Assembly (NCBI GenBank): GCA_040954595.2 | Contig: CM082582.2 | Coordinates: 8,000,063 to 8,064,062, forward strand | Length of the DNA: 64,000 nt | Origin: Balanoglossus misakiensis | Lineage: Eukaryota > Animalia > Hemichordata | Direction: 5' to 3' | Position numbers and translations under genes: made by a program | The notes under the pieces: model-generated | Database searches by the model: none | Told to the model about the DNA's origin: nothing | The model's input: only the letters and a program-made list of their open reading frames with translations | In this document: positions 1 to 9,340 of the stretch, in pieces | Layout: each line of letters starts with the position of its first letter | Position numbering within the stretch: the stretch's first letter is position 1

Positions 1-759
1 AAAGAAAAAACAACAACAACAAAATGAATCAAAGTCAGATATAAAATGACCACAGGGTGTGTTTATTTTTCAACATAGCTATCACCAACAATGTAAAATG
101 TTGTAAATGATAATATCATCCATCAAAACAGGGTAGGTCGTAATTGGACCTGCTTTGAAACATATCTGTCAACATGTTTGGGGTTACAGCTGGGGCATCC
201 TATGAGCAAATCCTTCCTGTGATTTCAAATCCGAATTGTATAGAGTTGCATAGAGAAGGGAAAAAATCTTTCTTATGTCACATAAACTGGACAAATTTGA
301 ATTTAATAACGTATTGAATTGGGAGTGATTTTCACCACATTGCGATCTTGCTGTTATAATCCAGTTAACTTTGTTGGTAATAACATACAAAATAATAAAT
401 TATTAAAAAATAAATCATGAAAGTCAGCCAGAATTAAAACATTTGTAGATTCAAAGTATCAATCTTTCTCTCTCACAGCCCCTGCTGTGTGACAGTATGA
501 CCAAAGTCTGCAGGGAATAATTTTCACTTTCTACCTGAACTAATCCAGAACACGATTTCTTCATTAAGAAATTGGTTTAACCTAATACCTGGTGTATGTA
601 CGCCGAAATTAGCTTTGAAAATGTGATCTTGCTGGTTTCACTCAGTTGCATGTTTGGTTTTCCATGCATGAATTTGACGTCATCACTGTCAAAACAATTG
701 ACAGTTGTCTTGGCAAGAGTAATGGAAAGTTCACTTCAAGTGGATGTAGCATTTGCATT

Positions 760-846
760 TCTAAATATCAATAGAGAAAATCTATACTTTGATTGAACAA
801 ACTATGAGAATAAGTTTAAGACTTGATTTTCAAGGCACATACTTGC
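760..846 (-). mobile_element. Degenerate terminal fragment of TTAA-flanked non-autonomous DNA transposon (family B) in the last FOG intron
   Basis: GACTTGATTTTCAAGGCACATACTTGC|TTAT (820-850) aligns with GACTTTGATTTTCAAGGCGCATGCTATACC|TTAA ending at 59415-59419. The left boundary is approximate. Confidence 0.45.
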
Positions 847-1180
847 TTATCAGGGTATCACGTATAGTGTGTCTATTGAAGCGTATAAGGGCGTATGATT
901 CCCGATAGATTCAGCTGGGAATGTTGTTTTGACACCAGAGTGCATTCAGAGAGTGTCCAAGGCTTCTGGAAAGCATTGGATATTTTATCAACTCCAGTGA
1001 TAAATTAATACTGTCATCTTTAGATGGATGAATTATTTGTGGTGGATACTCAGTGCTGTCAGGAATTTCTTGTCAACACAACCCAGCGTTGCAGAAAGGG
1101 TGACTAGAGGACCATCATCCATTATGTTAGACGGCGATCCATTCAGCAACAGATGGGTCCGGCGTAATTAAAATCGTCAC

Positions 1181-1198
1181 TTTTTGTTTTCCTTTCAG
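1181..1198 (+). other. Splice acceptor (polypyrimidine tract + CAG) of FOG terminal exon
   Basis: TTTTTGTTTTCCTTTCAG|AT lies directly before an in-frame QLFTCSSC that completes the first CCHC finger, implying a phase-1 intron. The ORF-track start at 1228 (TTG) is inside the finger and is not a real start. Confidence 0.9.
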
Positions 1199-4100
1199 AT
1201 CAACTGTTCACGTGCAGCAGCTGCGGTTTGATCTTCCAGTGCGAGAGCAATTTCCAGGTGCACAAAAAGTACTACTGCAGGGTGTCGGTGTCCGAGTCCC
1301 TGCCCCCTCCGCTGAAGAAGAGGAAGCTCGTGCTCGAAACCGGCCAGTCCACCAGCAGCGAAGACGGCGACACTCCTTCGCAGTCGCCCGGGTTACTCAG
1401 TAACCCTGACGATGATGCATCTCTGCGGTGCAAGATCTGCCATGTTAGTTGCAGCAGCGCGAGTACTTTGGAAGATCACTACACGACTATGCACGATTAC
1501 GGTTACAGGAAGAGAAGCAGCCCCACTGGTGCAGCAGCCGCCCAAGCAGATCCCGATTCATCTGATATTGTTTTGACTAGATCGACGGAAAGCAGCAGTC
1601 CGCAGACTTTAAAGTGCACGGTGTGCGCCTTCACGGCAGAAGACGATGCCGTGCTTCGCGAGCACGCCCTAACTCACGTGTCACAGGAGCCGCACGCGTG
1701 CGAGAGGTGCCGGATGGTCTTCCCGCGGCGATCCCAGCTGATGCTGCACATGATGGAGCGACACCCTGGGCAGGAAGAGGGCGGCACCCCCGTGAAGAGG
1801 ATCTCCAGCCACACGGTCAAGCGAGCCGTCGCCCTGGCGATGGGGCAGTCTGTCGACGAGAAACATCTGGAAGAGGAGTCTGAAAACGAAACGAGGCTGA
1901 GTACGTGCTCCAGCGAGGAGTCGCAAAGTCACAGCAGGATGGAGGATAGCAAACAGGTTAATAGGCCCAGCTCCAGAAACCAGAAGAATGCAACTTTTAG
2001 GTACGAGAGCAGTGCCGGATCGCCAGCGGAAAGACAAGGTGAGATAAAGGTGGAATCAGGAGGACTTTGTGAGAGTGAAATGGTGCAAATTGATGATAGT
2101 AATATGTGTTTTGCCTGCAACATTCATTTCAATTCTCGCAAGAACTTTCTGGTGCACAAGACCTACTACTGCGCCACGCGGCACCACAACACCAAAGCAA
2201 TGATGAGAAATAGAGGCAAAAACAGCGACACCAGTCAGATGGATAACGGCTCGTCTTCCAAAGCACAGCTTGCCAAAGAGAGAGAAAACAAACTTGCTAG
2301 CAGCGCGGCCATGACGCAAATCAACGTGGCAAATGCCGGCGGTAAAAGCTTGCAGTATGTCGAGGCTCACGGAAGACCCACTATGATGATCTCGGCTATC
2401 CCTGCTGCCATGCATGTACCATCTACCGCCATGTATAATGTTGTGCTCCCTGTGCCTGCGGTTTCAGTGCAGAGTTTACAAGGTGTGACACCCGTGCACT
2501 CGGCAGCAAACAGCGTCACTCCACCAGAATCAGTCGCGAGCAGGGGACGAACCGGCGAGCAACCGCTGGACTTGAGTGTGAAGGGCAAAAAGTCACCAGA
2601 CAAGGAAGTGGCCACACCTCTCCCGCTACCAGCTCTGCGACCTCAGATAACCTATATACCGGTCATGAACGTCCCCATAGCAGCACCACCGCACATCCTA
2701 GAGTACAAGTGCTACGAATGCGACATCAGTTTCACCAGAGAAGAAAGTTTCCTGGCGCATAAGAAGTACTACTGCGCGAGTCACCACCCTCCGAAAGTGG
2801 AGAGCAAGCCTCAGAGCGACCCGGCAACTCTACCCGCTGCAGTTCTTGTGAAGAGTTTCCCTGCTGCAGCACCCGGCGCAGTAGCGAGCGACGACTCGGT
2901 TTCTGCCATCAGCGCGCAAACCCCGCTTTCTAACAGCGTCTCGTACGCCAGTCCCAGTGTGAGTCCAGCCAATAACAGCAGTCAGTCCAGTAGCATCCAG
3001 GGTGCCATCTGGAGTCCCAAGCCTTCAGTCTCCAACAGTTCCTCGCCGAAAAGTGTGGCGCTCGCCGTCAAACAGGAGTGCCAAGATCCGGTCCCGTCGC
3101 CGAAATCAAGCAGCGAAGGTGAGCAACCCGGCGATCTGTTGAAGAGTCAGACCAAAGAGTTAAAAGTAACTCAGACCTCGCCACTTTCGAAGGATTCGTT
3201 TTCCTCGATACAGATCAAGAAAGAGCCTGGGGAGAGTGAACAAAGTCCGATGCACGTCTGCAATGATCAGAACATCGTCACTAACCAAGTGATCGCTACT
3301 GAGGACGAAAACACGACAGACTGCGTAACGTGTAATATTCAATTCAGCAGGAGGGAAAGTTACTTAGTACACAAGACGTACTACTGCTCCGGAAGGGCTG
3401 TGACGCCTTCCGAGGCGTCTAAGCCCAACGTGCCCGTGAGACGTCGGACAAGAGCAAGTGGAAATGCCGGTGGCAACCACGCAGCGAGTCAGAGCACAGC
3501 CGTTGTGTTGCCGCAGAAGGTGGAAGTCGCTGACAGTTCGGCTGCAGACAGCGTGGTTCGGATCGCGGAGCCCTCGCATATACTGGTCTGCGTGAACTGC
3601 CAGCAGACTTTCCTGGAGCAGAAGCAGTACAAGAGGCACCAGTGCAGGCTCTTCCAGTGCCCGTACTGTATGTACGCGACAGCCGTCTCGTCCGCCCTGC
3701 ACGAACACTTGAAGACGCACAGCGAATACAAACCCTACCAGTGCGGTCTGTGTGGCTTCAGAGCGTCGACCAAGGAGGCCATCTTGGCGAACCACGGCCG
3801 GGGATGCGGTGCTCGGACTGTGCCCCCCGACACGACTGCCAAACTCCCGCGCGAAGATCTTCCGAGGACCATGGCTTCTGCCGCCACGAGAAAAGTCACT
3901 GCCATCAACGGTGTGGATTCGGGCAACGTCGTGTACATCGCCAGTCCTCTGCTGACGCACTCAGTTTCGCCCCCAAATTCCACAGACGCTGACAACGCCG
4001 TCGTTGTCAAGACGGAAGATTCTGTCATCAGGGTTATGCCCAACGAACCTGGTGACGAAACCAGTTGCTCACCAAACAGCCAATCATCAGACATTGCCAA

Positions 4101-4470
4101 TGTAACCGCCAGCCCAAGTATTAAAATCGAGAAACTCTCCGACGAAGAAACTCCCTCGTGCTCGGGACCGCTGCAAACAGAACGTGCCACCCCCACTGGC
4201 GTTTACGAATGCCGAGAGCCGCCGTTGAACGTTGCCAGTAGCAGCCCAGCTCTGCATCTAGCCGTCTCTCCGGAGCAATGCAATGTGAACTGCACAGTAG
4301 CCATTCACCCGGGAGAGAAATCTCCGACCAGGGTCAAGAAAGTGAGCCCCATCAACCACAAAAGCAAACTGTGCAAGTTATGCAATATCCAGTTCAGTAA
4401 TCTCTCCACGTTCGTCGCGCACAAGAAGTTTTATTGTGCTTCCCACCACACAGAACACGCCGTGAAGTAA
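1199..4470 (+). CDS. ZFPM: Terminal coding exon of a Friend-of-GATA / U-shaped family multitype zinc-finger transcription cofactor (5' exons upstream of window)
   Basis: About 1090 open codons. Five FOG-type C-x2-C-x12-H-x4-C fingers end in HKxYYC/HKKFYC (1213-1278, 2107-2172, 2710-2775, 3322-3387, 4372-4437). Also four C2H2 fingers, two atypical fingers, CtBP motif PLDLS (2563-2577), basic NLS-like PPLKKRK and Ser/Pro-rich linkers. The C-terminal CKLCNIQFSNLSTFVAHKKFYCASH closely resembles the last finger of vertebrate FOG proteins. Stop TAA at 4468-4470. Confidence 0.95.
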
Positions 4471-6878
4471 CTTCAGAACCAATGGCAGTCATGTAGATAA
4501 CACAAGTGGAATGTGACTAATCTGTAAATATCTTTTTGAATAATTCTATAGCAATTTCTTGCCATGTTTAAAAGCAGTGTCCGCACCAAAATGACCAATA
4601 TTGTGAGTAACTGACACAATAACCATGGCTGTAAATTACAAGATAGCGAAGAGGACAATTTTCTTACCCTCATTTAATATGTAGTCAATTTATTTTTTAG
4701 AGAAACAGGTATACCAAAGTTGACAATGCGTAGTGATGTACATGTGGGTACATAAAGCTTTTAGAGGTAGCTTGAAATTATATATCTTTACAAACACAGA
4801 TGTGTGCTACTGGTAAAGTTGTAATTTATTAGTTTTACTTTTCTTTATCCAGAGTTACTCCTTTGTGAAAGGATTCCCCCATTCAAGAAGTAATATTTCA
4901 TCTTACTTCTGATGAAATCTCACTCTATCACTGCTTATATCAAAGTCCTCCCTTTTTTTAAAAGAGATAATTGCCAGCAAAATCTTTCTATATTTAAGTT
5001 CTCCCTGTTTAAAGAGATGTTGCCAGCTTCTCATTCACTTTGACATTTTTGTCAAAATTTTCAAAGTTTTTATGAGTTTTGTTGCCAGAACACTATGCTG
5101 TCCTGCATAGAAGGATATGCTGGTGGGCAATGCAAAATATTGCACAGAAGTTGAAGACTTGTGTGTGGGCAATATTGCTTATTGCATAGAAGTGTATGCT
5201 TGTGCGCAAGGACTATTACAAATACTTTGCAATACTCCCATATGAGCTGTAGTAGCCAAAACTCGCGAAAATTTACACAAAGCCAAATTATTCACCTTAT
5301 TTTGTGCTGTTTTTTATTCGTTCACTATTATGCACCCTGACCCCCTATAATGACCTCTGGTGTCGTTTGGACATTTTCTTCCAAGTCTTGGTGAATAATT
5401 TCACAGCACTATGCAGTGAAGTTGATAGGGGCCAGTAGCCATTAAATAACTGCCAACTTTCTCCATGTTTCAACATTTACTGACATTGTTTCTGCATTCC
5501 CTCCATTTTGAAAGCTAGTACTTGGTCCACGAAAGATGCACCATAAAAACAAAATCAACATCCTTATCAAGTTGTCAAATAGATAATGCATTGTGTTTGC
5601 ATTTTCCTCTTCGGATAAACTCCATCAGAAACTAAAAGCATTTCTCCTCCCTGAAAGACCATTAATCTTTTCTAGCTCGCATCTTCAGCAATAAAGAAAT
5701 CTAATTTTCAACAACTGGGCAATATTTCCCTGGTAACGTAATGAATAGGATATCCTAATCTGCTGCTGTTGCCTCTCTTAATCTGACCAACAACCGTTGA
5801 AATTCACGTTCAGATTTCGCACTTCGCCCAGAACTACTGACCAATCAGACATCGTCTCATATAAAAGGCACAGTGGCCATGAATTTGACATCATACAATC
5901 AATATATGCGCGTGATACATCCCAAAGCTTATCTCTGAGAGGTCAATGAAACACATCATGCATGTATGCAATTAGGAAGCTATTCTTATAAATTTGAATG
6001 TGAAGAAATGAAAAATATTGTAAATTAATAAGGTTCTTGTTTATGTTTCCCCTGTGCAGCTGTGCCAAGAACACAATCTCATTGGCTGCTATGCACCACA
6101 AGATTTGAAAACAACATTCTGTTGTAGTTGGTCAGATGTAGAGAGTCACGAGCAGAAGCAAAAGAACTTATAAGAATAGCAAAGGTAAAGAGAGAACCTC
6201 TTTCTACAGCTGATTCAGTTCTCAGCTAACTCACAACTTGCAGAAAGCAGCAAGTGACAAAATATATGAGTATAGTTTACAGTTTGTATCAGTTCAAAGT
6301 ACCCGAGATATATTTGTTCATTAAAAGAAATTTCATAATCTCAGACATTTTACATGAAGTTTTTGCATCTAGGCAGTGTTCTGGAAAAACATGGCATTTT
6401 GCTTTAAGTCATTTTTAACTGCATGAACAAGTCTAACTTTTCATGTACTACTTAATTATGCATTATTAATCAGTATAATGTCCCTTCTAAGGTACTAGTA
6501 TATATTTTTATGTTTGAAGTTAGAAATATTGAAAATAGGAAGCAACCTTAGGAAAAAATCTGTTTTTATAAACAATTGAAATATATGCAATACATACTGT
6601 TTTGTTAATCTGTACAGTTTAGTAACTAGAGATATTATCATTGTATATGAATGCTACTTAGTCAGTAGTAGTTTCTGTGTCAATCATGTTTTTCGAGGAC
6701 ACTGTAAATTGTCACTGGAAGGTTTGTGGGGATAGTTTGGTGGAGAGAGTGAAGGGACAATGGATCACTTGAGAGTTGAAGTATACACTGGGTTGACACA
6801 ACAGATTACCAATCCTGTATCAGCTACGTATCTTTTAAGTGATTGGAATTCCTTTTCGCAGTGAAAGAAGATTATTAA

Positions 6879-7032
6879 AGGTATACTGTCGCCTATGCAA
6901 ATTTAACCCCAGTTACCATGGAAAGTGGAGATCTAGCCAATCACAGACCACCAGAACATAGTGCACCGCCAGACTTGGATACACCCTTTAACTATATATG
7001 GGCATATGCAAATAAGAGGTGATTGTATTCCT
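6879..7032 (+). mobile_element. Complete 154-bp MITE, Kolobok-like (family A), inside the putative FOG 3' UTR
   Basis: Flanked by TTAA on both sides (6875-6878, 7033-7036). Imperfect TIRs: AGGTATACTGTCGCCT vs reverse complement AGGAATACAATCACCT (12/16). Purine-purine termini with a TTAA TSD are the Kolobok signature. The left half recurs three more times in the window. Confidence 0.75.
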
Positions 7033-7280
7033 TTAAATTATAGCTAGAAGTTCTCTAGCTGACATCTGACATCTAAGCACTATACTGGATCTCCATTTAG
7101 CAGTGCTGATGAAATTGGAAGATGTACTGACTTCTGAAACATCGTTTGAGATGAGATCAAAGCAGTCGATTTACAGTTTTTTGCTTCGAAATAATGTGTC
7201 CCAGTTGACCATATCGAGTAATGACAGATGGAAATGAACAGATTTAGATAAAAAAAGTATTATTTTTAGTACTTTATCTC

Positions 7281-7286
7281 AATAAA
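7281..7286 (+). terminator. Candidate polyadenylation signal of FOG
   Basis: AATAAA with U-rich sequence upstream and U/GU-rich sequence (TTTTGT..GTGTTT) ~25-45 nt downstream; close to the end of the CpG-poor domain. Confidence 0.5.
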
Positions 7287-7589
7287 AATTCCACCACCAT
7301 CATCAAACCATTTTGTAATCAGAGTGTTTAGTAGTTTCTGGGGATAACAATTTATATGTGGAAAGTATGATATACACTTCATGAGAGCTCAAGAATGTCT
7401 TAAAAGTTGTGATTACATTGAGATAAATCATTTTCCATCTACAGGTTAATGAAGAATTTGGATATAAAAGACTGCCCGGGTATATATGGGGTGAGTGTAA
7501 CACACAAACAGTAAGAGCCATTAAAACAGATTAGTTTCATCTCTGCATTATATGCTGGTGCTTGGAAAACATCAGTTTGAATGGAGTAA

Positions 7590-7687
7590 TTAGCTCCGCT
7601 GGGGAATAGTGACGCAGAGCTTATTGTCTGTTGTCGTCCGTCCGTCTGTCGCCCGTCAACAATTGACTTCTCAGAAACTGCTCATCA
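7590..7687 (+). mobile_element. 5' fragment of a Helentron-associated / DINE-1-like non-autonomous element
   Basis: Starts TTAGCTC with a short inverted repeat (AGCTCCGC 7592-7599 / GCAGAGCT 7614-7621), then a (GTCY)n tract (7633-7657) and GACTTCTCAGAAACTGC. This layout is typical of HINE/DINE-1-type elements. Confidence 0.55.
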
Positions 7688-9306
7688 TTGATAGTCAGTA
7701 TGCAGATTACGAGGGAAGATCTACCGGTAAGTTCGGTTTTGTGAAAGACAGCTTTCATGTTGTTAGCATATGTCACTCAGGTCAATGGACTCATCCAATT
7801 GGTCGGGCAATATTGTGAACAACTTCACATTTACCGGTATACACAATACATCACTGATGTTAACATTTTATGAAGATTGTTTTCCCTTCGTGGAGATACC
7901 TTCCATATTGTAAGCGCATACAACTGTACATTGTGGCGGACATAACGAGGTATACACACGTTTGCTTTCATTGCTATAGCCGTACGGTCTGCCAGCTTTA
8001 ACGCGTTCAACCGGATGATAATCCCAACAATTGGATTACGGTGTTAGCGTGTGTGTTTTATGCTCAAAGCCATACAAAGCAATTTACTGTACATGATAAA
8101 TATGATACATGTACAAAAAATTATTTTTCCGCATGTTTTTAGTTTTACTGCCTTGGTGACCTTGCACTGAAGGCGGATTAGGGCTGCCGTGGCTTTGTAA
8201 ATCATCGTTAGTGTACCACGGGCGGCTGGGAATACCTTTAATGCAAATGCCCTCGGGCCAGTAACTTGGAGGGGGGGGGGGGTGTACATAGTTACAGTTG
8301 TTCGCGTATCGCCGGTATAAAACATTCCAACAGAATTGAATCGAATTGAAAGACTGAAATCTGAACAGGTTTAGCGGCGCGGGCCTTGTTACATTATATT
8401 TACGGATGGGATGATCATGATGATGGAGACACTTCATCGCCGTTCTCTGCGAGTTCCATCAATCGATATCCAGCGCGGTTCCTGCGCTATATCCCGTGGC
8501 AACTTTATTCACCTGTTAAAACGACTGATGCCCTTCGGTTCGTTGTGGTGTCTCATCTGAGACACTGTGTCTGTCTCTAAATGTCCATCAGTCACCATGA
8601 CAACAGTATACGCGCTGGTACCGTCCCCGTATGCAATACATTAGCGCAAGAATCTCCCCTGCCTTTTCTTGGCCTTGCGAGAAAAAAAGTCGTCGACCGA
8701 AAAATCACTTTGAAATAGCCAAGAAAAGAGCTGGATGGACATATAGGCTAACTATGTATTACAATGCAGTATATGCGAGTGTATTTGATTCGTTTTAGAG
8801 ACTGACAGACTGACGAATGCTTGAAGCAAAAGGTCTTCCAATGTGTTAATCAGACGAGTTGTTGCGAACTCTTTCAACCAGACTTTCACACATCTTTCTT
8901 TGCACACGTCGTTATCATCAAGGACTCCGTATGACAGGCCTTCCATCGTGATGTAAAAACTATGCCCCCAGCTTTCACTAAAATCAATAGACAGATGCAA
9001 CCATATGCAGATTTTGGCGACAGCAGACAGCACAAACCCTGAATAACCCTTATTCGCCAATTTCAAGTGACAGCTCAGACAACGAGCGCGGGTGACAGCG
9101 AGGCAAGCAGTGACGTAGTTCTCGTCCCCCAAGCATCACTTAATAGATGATCTGTCGTGTATGCTGTTTTATCGATGATTTTGCGCAATTTGACATCTCC
9201 ACAAAATAACAGGAAGTCGAGGAAGGTTTAAAAATTGCTCCAGTTTAATCGAAATTGCATTAAGCGGTGCGATCTACTTTAAACATGAAAGAACGTTACT
9301 CCGACC

Positions 9307-9340
9307 AGAGAGAGAGAGAGAGAAAGAGGGGGGGGGGGGG
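9307..9340. repeat. (AG)n microsatellite followed by poly-G run
   Basis: AGAGAGAGAGAGAGAGAAAGA followed by a G homopolymer. Confidence 0.85.

Larger units (their letters stand above)
4471..7310 (+). other. Probable long 3' UTR of the FOG gene
   Basis: AT-rich, CpG-poor, ORF-free stretch after the stop. AATAAA at 5690-5695 and 7281-7286; Pumilio-type TGTAAATA at 4523-4530. The end point is inferred. Confidence 0.6.

Noticed and set aside
1212-4196. Many overlapping ORFs in other frames and strands within the FOG exon (up to 198 aa)
   Set aside because: Shadow ORFs of a GC-rich coding exon with no recognisable domains.
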